A stretch of DNA of 64,000 nt, from the NCBI GenBank assembly GCA_028534125.1, contig CM052816.1:34536001-34600000 (forward strand), written 5' to 3'. A program made the translations under genes and the position numbers. Below the pieces are notes generated by a model. The model worked only from the letters and a program-made list of their open reading frames with translations. It was not told where the DNA came from and searched no databases. Shown here one piece after another: positions 1 through 13,029 of the stretch; position 1 is the stretch's first letter; each line of letters starts with the position of its first letter. Origin of the DNA: Lama glama (lineage: Eukaryota).

Positions 1-174
1 TAATCCACAACCACCCAATCTTTTGCAGTTCCTGTGATGGCATCATGATGTTGAAATAGTCCCAAATTCCTTCTGGCTTCTGTCAGTGCCACGTAATGGG
101 ATGATGAAAGAAATTTATTTATCTTGTATTGCTGAGCTTGCTTCAGGGCGAAATAGTAAAGAATTTCAGCAGCC
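1..174 (-). CDS. MAN2A1: MAN2A1 exon 10 equivalent, truncated by window edge; contains Zn-ligand motif HHDAITGT
   Basis: Hand-translated: AAEILYYFALKQAQQYKINKFLSSSHYVALTEARRNLGLFQHHDAITGTAKDWVVVD. Acceptor gctattag|GGC. Confidence 0.97.
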
Positions 175-2145
175 CTAATAGCATAAAACAGTCATTAATT
201 TCCACTTCAAAACATTTTCGTTTACTACCTAAAATATGTGGCATTGACACATTTTCAAATGTGGTTTTTAAAAAATCCACAATCTCAGTATGATCAAATT
301 AAGAGAGATATTGACAATAAACATTTCTATAAAACCACCAAGGTATCCATCTGATACATCTAAATTCTCAGTCATCAAAGAACACCACATGTCAGTGATT
401 TAAGGGAGAGATGCCAATACCCATTGGCACCAAGATATGTTTATGTAGAACAGAGTGAAAAAACATCTCAAAGCAGTATAGAACTGGTTAAGTGTTTCTG
501 TCACTTCTTCTCAGCAGTGTAGACATATATCATGAACTGTACCAGAAATCCATTTATTCTCACATATGTACATTAAGAGCAGAGGTGGTGGTGAAATGCA
601 TGGTCACATGAGTGCGAGACTAACAAGCAAAGGAGAGGCAGAAAATGATGGCCCAATAGTTCAGATACAAGGGTTAGTCTAAGCCTGAATGATAACATAT
701 AAGAAGTATGGACAATTTAACAATGTAAACTGAAAGATGATAAATCTAAAAAAAAATGATAAATCACATACTGTCTGATTTATTTTAAAGAATAAAACAC
801 TTTAGCATAAGAACAGATTTTGAGCAAGAATATGGGGGTTTACAATTTTCACCTTTAAATTTTTTTTATCCAAGGACATGGTTCAACACAGGTTTCTAAA
901 AAGTTCTTTGAAAAGAGACATGGCTTGATGGAGTAAAAAAATACAAGAAAGTTCTTTATGACAACATGTTAAGACAATGAATAGAAAAATCAAGGCAGCA
1001 TGAAAATGATACGTATCAAGACATCTGAGAAAAAGAAGAGACTCAAAGTGCTTTAAAAAAAAAGAATTCCTTTGAATTATTGAAATAATTAAAAGATACT
1101 AGATAATCTCCACTTTTAAACTATAAGCCTTCTTAAATTCATGGCATGAGAATCACTATATTGGAAATAAGAAAACTGTATGTGCATATATATGCATGTA
1201 TACCCATTACAAATATTCCTGGTTTTGGAAAGAGTACATACACATACAGATATTCCAAAATGTAAAAAGTGCATTTTAAGACTATTTTATTCTCTATAGT
1301 TTTCTACTTTATACACTTTTTATAACAAATGAGTTTAGGATGAAATGCCATCATAATCAGATAATAAACTTATTTCAAATAAATTAATTATTCTTTGAAA
1401 TTCATGTTAACGTAAGGCTTATTGTCTTATTTTAAAGCAGCAGAATTTTCAAAATATATTACCAACAATAATATATTCAAGTAACACCTTAATTATGTCC
1501 AATAAATTAGGACTGAACCAATGTTCATAACTCTTTGTCACTAAAAAACACATGACACTAAAAAATCATGCAGAGGTCCAAAAGAATTTCTGTTACTTAG
1601 TACTTGCTCTATTTTTTTTATCAAAGATAGTTTAGAATAATTTAACAGATATCTAATTAATATTCTATTGGGTAAGAATGCAGAAATCTCTATATATAAA
1701 AACTATTTTGTTATACATACAATAATATGCATACATCTGGCGCATTTGTGAATATCCCAAAAAAAGAGTCAAAAGTTAGGCTTTTAAAATAAAAGTTACT
1801 ATTAGTTTGTGATAACAAGCAGTACAATGACAGTAAAAATAATAAAAACACACGCTACTATACCAAAGTACAACTGTTAAAAAAACTAATAATTTTTATA
1901 AAAGGCTTTCCAAAATGTATTGTTTCCACCAGTACATAGAAGAGAACAGATACAACTTTTTATTCTTAATACTGAGATTCATCATGAAAATTAATCATCA
2001 TGAATTCATGATTTGAACTGAACTGAAAATGAATTCATCATGAAAATAAACTACTCTTTTGGGCTAGGCACACACATAGAAAAAGCCTTAAGATTCCCCT
2101 GAGGTGATTTCTTTACCAAAAACATGAGACTCAGTTACTTAGAAC

Positions 2146-2353
2146 TGTACTCTCCACTATGATAGCCATTAGCCACATGTGGCTATGTACACTAAAATTA
2201 ATTAAAAGTAAATAAAATTAAGCATAAAGTTTCTCAGTTACACTGGTCAGATTTCAAGGACTCTATACTAACCTGTGGCTAGTGGCTACCACACTAAACA
2301 GTGCAGAAATAGAGTATTTCCATCGCTGCAGAAAGTTCTATCAGATAGTGATG
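2146..2353 (-). mobile_element. MER3-like hAT-Charlie MITE
   Basis: Internal inverted tagccacatgtggcta motifs, an AT-rich core, and the end segment tttccatcgctgcagaaagttctat match the recalled MER3 consensus in reverse. Confidence 0.8.
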
Positions 2354-3021
2354 GAAAAGTCTACTGAATAATGTGGGTTCAGAGTGTTTTCTGTTTTTCT
2401 ATTGACTATTCTGCCTTCTCCATATCAGTGCACTTTTTCAACCAATCACTCTGTCTCTGTCAATTCACATCTCTTTCAAATTTTCTTCTTCTAAGTAGAA
2501 CATCACACTTGTACAAATGTGTTTCAAATAAATAAATATGCTCTAAAGTTCTCCCACATATAAAATACATTAGTTTTAGAGTACGTACTTAGACTCCCAC
2601 ACTTTGGCTGCTGAGAGATCCTTTTTGCTACTTTTGACCCTCATCCCTGTTCCATCAATTTAGATTACTGACCTGAAGACACATGATGATGTTGCTGAGT
2701 ATTATCATGGTTTGCAAAAAATACAGGTAGTTAATCAGAAAAATGTAAAACATAGAATACAACTCCCAGAAAAATCAAAGTACATAAGCTGCTTATCCTT
2801 CCAGAAGATTAGTACTTCCAGAACATTCTGTACTTCCAGAACATTACTACCACATAATAATTTGATTATGGTTTGGAGACACATCTGATTGCATTAAAAT
2901 TTCACAATGATATTAAACACATCCTAACATTGTATAAATGCTTATTCAAAACTTTACAAATAGGTTATGAAAACATAAAAGAAGGGAATAAATATATGTA
3001 GCTGTCTAAAGGTAAATGTAC

Positions 3022-3224
3022 CTTAAATGGGATTCCAATATCCTATCCATTCGTTTGTAAAAGGGTCTGGATGTAAAGTAGCCACTCCAGTAATGATCGT
3101 CTCGGTCAGCATAAGTGAAAAAATCTCCACTTAGAACAGGGAACATTGATTGGCTATTCTTTCCATTTGTTTCATCTTCTTTATCCAGTGCATCAAAATA
3201 ATCTGATAAAGTCCCAAACTGTAT
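3022..3224 (-). CDS. MAN2A1: MAN2A1 exon 9 equivalent, 203 bp
   Basis: Hand-translated: [67 protein letters not shown](R), containing the [12 protein letters not shown]38 motif. Acceptor ttttaattag|ATA, donor AAG|gtacat. Confidence 0.98.
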
Positions 3225-4094
3225 CTAATTAAAAAAAAAAAGAACAGTTTCACTTGACTTATTCATGACTACCTTAAAGTTACTTCCAGCACTGAAAGGA
3301 AAAGTTTAAGACACGCTTCCAAGTTAAGATGAATAAACAGCTCTGGCTTTAAAAAACTCAAACACAGGGGGAACAATACTCAGTGACTTTCTTTTACATG
3401 CATCAAGTCCCAAATTAAACTAAGAGAAAACTTGTACACCTAAGCAGTTAGAAGAAGAGCTATTCAGAACTACAAGTTTGTGGATCTGGAAACTCCTTAT
3501 ATCTCTGGAATCTCCAAGTGTGCAAGGACTAGGATATGGAATAATCCAGAGATGAACGAAAGATGGGGGGAGCAACAAAACCAAAAGACACGTATTTTGA
3601 GTAAAACGTTTCAGAATCCTGGAAGAATCAGTTTTGCTAGCTATTAAGTGTTTCATATATCATATGCCCATACCCTCCCCAGCCTCCCCTTCTCCCCAGT
3701 TCATGTTCTTAAAATGGAGAAGAGACAGTCTTTAAGAACAGCAGGTCACTAAAAAAAAAAAAAAAAAAGGACCTTCTCGACCAGCAGCTAACACTGAATA
3801 GAAGTAAAACACAAAGAGGACAAGAACTGCAAGGTTGACTGCTCAAATGAAAAGGTCTTTCTGACTAATGACTTAAATTACTAGTACATAAATCCATTTT
3901 TATGAGCCCACACTATTCTATAAATCAAAACATTACACCAGACCTCAGAAGCAGATATTAAAAGACAGTGTTGCTAGAAATAAACAGAAAATTTTGACAG
4001 GGAATGTGTTCCTTTTAGTAAGATGCTAATTCTGTTGTTTCTGACCTTATACATGCATACATATACATACACACACATATTGAAAGCCATTTAG

Positions 4095-4335
4095 ATTCAG
4101 TGTGGCAGAAAAATAATTAAAGTTGTCAGAAACAGTTAGTAGCATTCTAGCAGCACAGAATCTGGATCCAGATGAGGTGGGTTTGCATTTTCTCTCTACC
4201 ACGTAGCTAACATGTGGTTTTGAGCATATTATATAATGTCTCTAGGTCTCTCTCTGTGTTATAGCTAACAGGGATCCAAGTAAAATGCTTCAAAACATGA
4301 CTGGCAAATAATGGTGTAAGTTTTAGCTATTATTT
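4095..4335 (+). mobile_element. MIR SINE (degenerate)
   Basis: tctggatccaga...gggtttgcattttctctctaccacgtagctaacatgtg...catgactggcaaata resembles MIR core and tail. Confidence 0.55.
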
Positions 4336-4712
4336 CTCCAATGCAAAGGCAAAATATCAGCGGGAAACAAACGATGATTTTAGTAAGACAAGTAGAAGTT
4401 ATTACAATCTAGTTGTGATATAATAAATATTTAAATATTTTCAGCATTAGCCAGGATGGAAATATTTTATTCTTGGCAATTTTTTAGAGTAGAGTTCATG
4501 TAAGTGATCTAGTGGACTTTCTCACAAACTTAATTTAAACTTAAAGGCTTTAGATACAATCCTCTATCCATGCTAGAGCAGTTTCAAAACAATTACTTAA
4601 AACAAACTATTCTACAGTCTCTCAGTAGCACAAATAAAGTAAATATCTGGGACATCTGAAAAATAAAATAAAAATATTTAAATGAGTTTTACATTAAAAG
4701 GCAACAAATTAA

Positions 4713-6881
4713 GACTGAAGCTCAAGATGGCGGCCGGCCGGAGGCAGAGACGCCACGCTCCTCTAATGGGAGCTCATAAATAAACCCACACACCTACAGT
4801 CAATTAATCTGCAACAAAGGAAGCAAGAATACACAATGGAGAAAAGACAGCCTCTTCAACAAGTGATGCTGGGAAAGCTGGACAGCCACATGTAAACCAA
4901 GGAAGTTAGAAAATTCCCTCCCACCATACAAGAATAAACTCAATATGGCTTAAAGANNNNNNNNNNNNNNNNNNNNNNNNNNNNNNNNNNNNNNNNNNNN
5001 NNNNNNNNNNNNNNNNNNNNNNNNNNNNNNNNNNNNNNNNNNNNNNNNNNNNNNNNNNNNNNNNNNNNNNNNNNNNNNNNNNNNNNNNNNNNNNNNNNNN
5101 NNNNNNNNNNNNNNNNNNNNNNNNNNNNNNNNNNNNNNNNNNNNNNNNNNNNNNNNNNNNNNNNNNNNNNNNNNNNNNNNNNNNNNNNNNNNNNNNNNNN
5201 NNNNNNNNNNNNNNNNNNNNNNNNNNNNNNNNNNNNNNNNNNNNNNNNNNNNNNNNNNNNNNNNNNNNNNNNNNNNNNNNNNNNNNNNNNNNNNNNNNNN
5301 NNNNNNNNNNNNNNNNNNNNNNNNNNNNNNNNNNNNNNNNNNNNNNNNNNNNNNNNNNNNNNNNNNNNNNNNNNNNNNNNNNNNNNNNNNNNNNNNNNNN
5401 NNNNNNNNNNNNNNNNNNNNNNNNNNNNNNNNNNNNNNNNNNNNNNNNNNNNNNNNGGGAGCTCATAAATAAACCCACACACCTACAGTCAATTAATCTG
5501 CAACAAAGGAAGCAAGAATACACAATGGAGAAAAGACAGCCTCTTCAACAAGTGATGCTGGGAAAGCTGGACAGCCACATGTAAACCAAGGAAGTTAGAA
5601 AATTCCCTCCCACCATACAAGAATAAACTCAATATGGCTTAAAGAGCTAAATGTAAGACATGAAACCATAAAAATAGGAGAGAACAGAGGCAAAACACTC
5701 TGGCATAAATTATAGCAATATCTTCTTGGATCTGTCATCTAAGGCAAAAGAAATAAAAGCAAAAATTAACAAATGGGACCTAATTAAACTTAAAAGCTTT
5801 TACACAGCAAAGAAAAACATCAACAAAACAAAACCATAGCCTACAGAGTGGGAGAAAATATTTGCAAATGATGCAACCAGCAAAGGGTTAATATCCAAAA
5901 TATACAAACAGCTCATACAACTCAGTATCAGAAAACCAAATAATTGAATCAAAGAATCGGCAGAAGACTTGAATAGACATTTTTCCAAAGAAGACATACA
6001 GATGGCTAACAGACATGTGAAAAGATGCTCAGCATTGCTAATCATTAGAGAAATGCAAATCAAAAGTATAATGTATCATCTCACACCTGTCAGAATGGCT
6101 ATCATCAAAAAGTCTACAAATAACACATGTTGGCAAGGATGTGGAGAAAAGGGAACCCTTATAGACTATTGATGGGAATGTAAATTGGTGTAGCCACTAC
6201 GGAAAAGTCTAGAGGTTCCTTAAAAAACTAAAAGCAGAACTACCATATGATCCAGCAATTCGAATTACTCCTGGGAGTATATCTGAAAAAAATGAAAACA
6301 TTAATTTAAAAAGGTACATACATCCCAGTGTTCATAGCAGCACTATTTACAGTAGTCAAGACTTGGAAGCAACCCAAGTGCCCATCAAACAGATGATTGG
6401 ATTAAGTATACAAACACACACACACACACACAGGAATATTACTCAGCCACAAAAAGAATGAAACATTGCCATTTGTAGCAATGTGAATGCATCCAGAGAA
6501 TATAATGCTTAGTGAAATAAAGTCAAACAGAGAAAGACAAGTATTGCACAATATCACTCATATGTGGAATCTAAAATATAATACAAACGAATCTAAATAC
6601 AAAACAAACATACTCAGATATGAAAAGCAAACTTATGGTTACCAAAGATGGGGGGAGAGACAAATTAGGGGTTTGGGATTAAGAAGTACAAACTACTATA
6701 CATAAAATGGATATGCAACAAGGATTTACTGTATAGCACAGGGAATTATACTCTATATCTTGTAATAACCTATAATGGAATATAATCTGCAAAAATCTGA
6801 ATCACTATGCTGTATACCTGAAACTAACACAATATTGTAAACCAACTATACCTTAATAAAAAATTTTTGTTCTGATAAAAA
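4713..6881 (+). mobile_element. LINE-1: short GC-rich 5' head, distal ORF2, 3'UTR and poly(A), with 17-bp TSD; spans assembly gap
   Basis: ORF2 C-terminal peptides ([21 protein letters not shown]...[14 protein letters not shown]), an AATAAA/A-tail, and an exact TSD aaaaggcaacaaattaa at 4696-4712 and 6882-6898 in a TT|AAAA target. Confidence 0.93.
4957..5456. other. Assembly gap (500 N) with 189-bp identical sequence on both sides
   Basis: Run of N; 4768-4956 is identical to 5457-5645. Confidence 0.97.
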
Positions 6882-7339
6882 AAAAGGCAACAAATTAAAT
6901 CCTAAACATAATTTTAAACATACTCTTAAACTCTTCTATCAGGACAATATATAGGAAAAATTATATAAATTGTTATGTAAGTGATAATCAATGACAAACT
7001 GGCTGTCTTGGCTAGTCCAATGTCAATTTTTTCAGCCATCTAAATCCAATTACTTACCTTCATTTTTTCCTTTCATTGAAAGAAAACAATAATAAACTTA
7101 TTCTTTCAGCTTAGATAAAATAATTTTTTAAATCCTACAGAGAATAGATATAACTAGATAAACTCTACAGAGGAAAAAAAAATGTTTGAAGATATCTAAG
7201 GGCACTCAAAGCAACCAGGACTGAAAGGACAAAAAATTCTGGAAAGACTAGAAATGCACCAAGGTTACTGGACATAAGGCTAAAATGCAAAGGTTGACTG
7301 TATTTTTATACAAGGAATAAGCCATGTTCGTGGATTAGA

Positions 7340-8915
7340 TGGCCTAATACTTGTACAGAATTTAACTGTACTCAAATTGACCCATTACTTTAATGCAATC
7401 CCAATCAAAATCCCAATGTGGGTTGGTTTGTTTTTTGGCGTAGACATTTCATAGTTGATGTTAAGCTTATATAGAACTAAAAAGGACTAAGAATAGCCAA
7501 TGCAATCTTGAAAAGAACAAAATTAGAAGACATACTATCTGATACTAAGATTTATTATAAAGCTGTAATAATTAAGACAATATGAGGTTAGTCAAATAGA
7601 CAGAATTGAATAGACAATCCAGACACAGACCCACACAAACATTTATCTCACTCATGATTAACGGCAAAGATGACACTGCAGTGCAGTGGGCAAATTACGA
7701 TCTTTTCAATAAATGGTGCTGGCTATTCATATGAGCAAAAAAGTATCTTAATCCCTCCCCTCACATGGTTCACAACGATCAATTCCAAACAGACTGCAGA
7801 TCTAAATGTTAAAGGTAAAACACTAAGGCTTCTAGAGGATAGCTTCATAAGAAATATATTTTCATGACCATCGGGTAAACAAAAATTTCTTAAGCAAAAT
7901 ACAACAAGCACTAACCATAAAGGAAAATATTGCAGTATTAGATTTAATGAAAATTAAGAATTTCTGTTCATCAAAGGACAGCACTAAGATAAAACATAAG
8001 CTACATAAAGGAGACACCATTTGCTTAACTTTTATCTGAAAAAAAAAGGTTCAATCCAAAATACATAATGTAAATGGTTAAGAAAAAGATATACAACCCA
8101 ATTTAATTTAAAAAAATTATGAAAAGACCTAAATAGGTGCTTCACAAAAGAGGATGCCCAAGTGGCAAAAAACTTATAAAAAGAGGCTCAACCTTTGTTA
8201 ACTACTAGAAATACAAAGTAAAACCATCACATCTGTCATAAAGGATTGAAAAACAAAAAATCCTGACAATAAAGTCTGAGTAAGGAAGTGGAGCATTTGA
8301 CACTGTCCTACAATGCAACAGCCACTGCATCTATTCTGGAACCCCATTTGGCAATATCTACTGAAGTTAAACGTGTATCCCAATGATCCTAAAATTCCAT
8401 CCCATTTTATACCCATAAAAACTCGTAATATACATGTGGGCCAAAAAATGCACAAAATGTTCAAAGCAGTATTACTTGCAACAGACAAAAACTGGAAAAA
8501 CCCACATGTCCATCAACAACAGAATGGATAAACTGTGGTAGATTTATTAAAAGGATACCAGAAATACTATACTGCATTAACAAATCAATGAACTACTGTG
8601 ACATGCTACATGTAACAGGAGGTGGATGGATCTCAAAAACATAATGTGGAGCAAAAAAAGCCAGACACAAAATAACATATATTTAAGATTCCCTGCTTAT
8701 AAAATTCAAAAGCAAACAATACTAATCACAGTGATAGAAATGACGATAGCGGTTACTTTTGCAGGAATTGGTAATGACTTGGAGGACAGCTGACGGACCC
8801 TTCCAGGGACTATAAATGTTCTACATCTGATCTGGGTGGTGGTTCCATGTGGATTTTAAAACTTAATATAGTTACGGCTTGTGCACTTCTATGTGTATGA
8901 TACATCAATTTTTAA
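7340..8915 (+). mobile_element. Ancient L1M (L1ME/MD-type) distal ORF2 and 3'UTR
   Basis: aatgcaatcccaatcaaaatccca, ttttcaataaatggtgctgg, ccatcaacaacagaatggataaa, and the 3'UTR motif aatgttctacatctgatctgggtggtggtt. No intact frame. Confidence 0.85.
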
Positions 8916-9439
8916 AATCACTTTCAAAATTGTTCCAGTGGGCAAACAAAGGAGGAAATAACTAAAATACTAATATCAAGATATATTTAGAGATAAAAAT
9001 ACCCACATACACAGGCACTCCTCTAATCAAATGTTCATGCATATGCTTCATTTTTTAGGAGATTACAGAAATGCTTTAAATATAGGCTCGATGGGATAGT
9101 TCTTAATACGGTAGAAATTCAATTGTAGGTATCCTGAATAAACTTGGTATTTTATTTGTTTACTTATTTCATATTATTTAAGTTTACTTAATAAACTTGA
9201 ACTCTCACTATCTAAAAATTGGTACATCATCAGCCTTCTTATTTCCTAAACAGTAATATCACTTCCTTTCTATAGTATTTTCATAGATCTTTTACTGTCT
9301 TAAAGGTTCACATGCGAATATAATAAAGATGTTGGATAATTTTCTCACGGAGGGTCCAATATATGACTCTTGGTTGAATCCTGACTCACACAAAGCATCT
9401 GTTAAAAAAAGTGATTTTATGCGATCAGGAAAATATGCA

Positions 9440-9765
9440 TCTATCTGATACATGATATCATTAAATTACTGTTCATTTTTTAGATGTGATAATGGTATTA
9501 CGACCGTATTTGTATCAAGAATCATTATCATTTAGAGAAACATACTAAAATGGTTATAAACAAAAATACATGACCTCTGAGATTTGCTTCAAAATAATTC
9601 CAGAGAGAGGAGCAAGATGACAGCGGGGCACAGCTAAGACAAGAGTGACCTTGAGTTCATGCTGTAGCTGGGTCACAGATATGGGAAGCGGGCCTGGGCT
9701 GTGGGGGCAGTATTTGTTATTCTCAAAACTTTAGGGTACATTTTAAATTTTTCACAAAGGAGAAA
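9440..9765 (+). mobile_element. Ancient L1M 3'UTR fragment
   Basis: gatgtgataatggtatt...gagatttgcttcaaaataattccag is typical of old L1ME/MC 3' ends. Confidence 0.6.
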
Positions 9766-10258
9766 AAAAGAGTGAGAACTAGAGACAAATGATTAATTTT
9801 AGAAGGCTTCTCATCTAAGAAAAATGCTAGTGTCATCTCTGGATACAAGACATTTGTTTGCAAAATACTTGACATGTTCATCTGCATCTGCCAGTCACAC
9901 CACTAAATCATGGCATGCAACTGAAAGAGAGAAGAAACAACAAACTTTCAAAGCTGGTATGAAAACAGGGCATCAGTGGAAAACGAACATCACAATTTAG
10001 CAGGTGCATGTTTTCAACCACATAAAAGTAATACCTCTTCAATCCTCAACAAGTGGGAAGTAAAGGACAACTTCAGAATTGGGACAGCAATATAAGATAA
10101 TTTTCCTCTTCATGAATTATACTTTTACAAAAGAATGACATATTCTAAGAAATACTGGGATGTGGGACAAAGAAACTAAGGCTATTGTGTTTTAGCCCTG
10201 TTTAATAATGAAAGATCAACTTCAAATACAGTATTAAAATAAAATATTTTCTCATTAC

Positions 10259-10436
10259 CTTAACATTATAGTGAGGATGAGAATTCAAATAATCAAAGAG
10301 CAGTTGGTAATTCTTGAACTGATGGTCCCATTCTGTGCGCTCACAGTAGCGGAAATCATCTCCTAGTGGGGCCAGGACAACTGTTGTACGGAAAAGCTTC
10401 GACTTCTTTCGGTACTGATCTAGAAGCATCTCAGCC
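10259..10436 (-). CDS. MAN2A1: MAN2A1 exon 8 equivalent, 178 bp; contains acid/base motif PLGDDFR
   Basis: [59 protein letters not shown]. Acceptor ttcggcag|GGC, donor AAG|gtaatg. Confidence 0.98.
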
Positions 10437-12539
10437 CTGCCGAAGAAAATGGGAAACTAGGAACATTACTAAGAACAGAAAAATGGGACAACTCATTAAA
10501 AAGTGTATTGTATTATATTAAAATAAAGGATTGTATACATTACCTATATTCTAGCTTAGCATAATTTATGAGGCAGATTTTTTTAAACTACCATACTAAT
10601 ACTCATCATCCATTTAAAATATTCATAAATTCTTATCAGAGGGGAAAACGCATAGTTTTCCAATGGATTTTCCTTAGAGAAATAAAGTCACAAGCTAGCT
10701 TGGGCAGATAATTATTGGGGCATGAATGCCCTCCTAAAGGCCAGCCACAGAGGATGGCTTCCAAAGAGCCTGTGTTGTGAAATAATTTAGTCCAGGAAGA
10801 CAGTGAAGATTTCTCATCTGTTTGAACTTTGAAGTTTGCTTTGACTTAATATTCCTTTCTCTAATTTCATCTAAAATTGCCTAAACATAAAAAGGTATTT
10901 TGAATGAAATCAATTATAGAACCTTATTTCCTTTTCCAAAGGAAGAAAATCAATTCACTTAACACTTTTCATCAATAATCTCAGTATTTGTCATAATGTC
11001 CTTCTTAATACTGATCAACAGATAAAGCTTAGGAGCTGAATGAGTTATTTTGGTTTCTAACCCATGACTCAAAAGGTCAGCTAAACACAATGTGGTGAAG
11101 TGCTTTTATATTTCATATTCTCATATTCTGCAGAAAACACTTTGCGAGATGCCGAATTAGGACAAAATTTGAGGAAGTCTGGGAACACAAACCAAGGTGA
11201 AGGACTTCCGAAAGTGAAATTAAACAAGCAGATGAACCCTGAGTAGTTCTCCATGTGTGTAACGCCAGAACTTAAAAAAACTGTGATAAACAACAAATAC
11301 GCTTTTTACACAGTATTCCAGCTTTCACTGTAAGGATTATCCAGAAGCAAACTCAGATTCACAGTATAAAAATTTATGACCAAAAATTCAAAGGACATCA
11401 ATGATGGAAAGAGGCATTTGACAGAAATTATGAGAAGAGCATTTAACTAAATTTAGAATCTTACATGATCTTTTTATATTGATAATCTTTGAAACTGCTT
11501 TGCAAATATTAAAATAGCAAAAATTTAATAACATGGTGAGTAAAATATAACTATAATATTCTTACATAACATATAATACTTAGTTTCCTGAGATTAGCAT
11601 TCAATACGGTACTTAATTTTTGCTAGTAATTTACTAATATTCCACATTTTCCAAAAAAAATTTTAGATTACTTACAATTAAAAAACACACACACAATGAG
11701 ATAATCACACAGAAAGATATATAAGACCAAAAGAAATAAGAGAAAAAATATATATACACATATAAATCACAGATATAAGATATACTATGATTGAATATCC
11801 AAATAGATCTCCCAGATAAACAGCAAAAAAAAAAGGGATATGTGATCATTTAAATGCATCCCAAGGTATAGTATTAGACACATCATATCTTTCATGTATA
11901 CATGTAAAACACATAAAAGGAAGGAAATCACAAACACTAAAGACATGCCTTTTCATTCAGCATCTATCCTAACTCCCAAGCTCCTGCTCAGAAAGTGTCA
12001 ACACTGGGGAAGCCAAGGGACCAACCAACACTGCTTGGCAGGTAGTGGATACTCACTAAATATTAGGTAAACTAATGACAAATGCATTGACCAACATCAC
12101 ATTTAAAGATGTGCAGCTGCAATTTGCTCCTCACTTACACTGCCAGGTAAGAAAGGGCAACTTAACTAGAACCAAGAAAAAAAGAATTCCCTAAACATTA
12201 TATCATCTGACATGTAAATCATCATCATATGTAAAATATACGGTACTAAACCAAAAACTGAACTTGATGAAGAATGGTATTTCTTTATCTGCAAAGTAGA
12301 GGAACCTGCTGAACTGAACATACTGAAGATATCATTTACACAATATAATTAAATTTCACGTCCCTTAAGGTATTAAAAAACCAAGTGTCATTAAGTTGGA
12401 ATGCTCATGTTTGATCTCTACTTATCACAACATCAAAAGGAAGGTGATAATTGCATGGGAAGTAATCGGTGGAGTTAATACCTCAAGACTTCCAACAACT
12501 TAAAAAAAAATCTTTGTAAGTATTATATAGATTCATTCA

Positions 12540-13029
12540 TCTGTATCCCTGGTGCCTGGAAACCACTCTGAGAATCACTGGCACTGACTGAACACAAGGT
12601 ATGTTCTTGGCAGGTATTTTTGGAAGAGTTACATGACACCACAAAAGGATTATACAGAATGGTTCTCAGGTACTCTCAGCAGCACTCAAACAAGAAAAAG
12701 AGGGGCCTCACAGTATCTGTGGGTGCACTGGGATTCCCCATCCAAGTCATCTGGCTACTCTTCAAGAAGTCTCTTATCCCCGGACATCTGAGCTGAAAGG
12801 AGTGTAAATACTATTCAGGGACAAACAGCTGTTTTTCCAAGTAGACAGGCGTGGACCTCTCTCCCTCCAACCCCACCACCACTTCCTTTACACTACACCT
12901 TTTGCCACGTAATATACTTGATTATTCTCTTATGCCTAACTAGCCCGACCTTAGAAAGCAGGCTGTTCAGGGTCTCTCTAGGAGTCAAAAAAATGAAACT
13001 GGGTTGATCCCTAACCTTGGGAAATTACA
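12540..13029 (-). mobile_element. Possible ancient ERV LTR fragment (LTR78/79-like)
   Basis: Reverse strand begins tgtaatttcccaaggttagggatcaacc, which resembles a recalled LTR start; GC is elevated. Family uncertain. Confidence 0.35.

Noticed and set aside
2797..2845. Short tandem duplication gtacttccagaacatt x2 plus a degenerate copy
   Set aside because: Ordinary slippage duplication; no spacer structure, so not CRISPR-like.
4906..5523. Long ORFs of 180-205 aa
   Set aside because: They are composed of X residues from the N gap.
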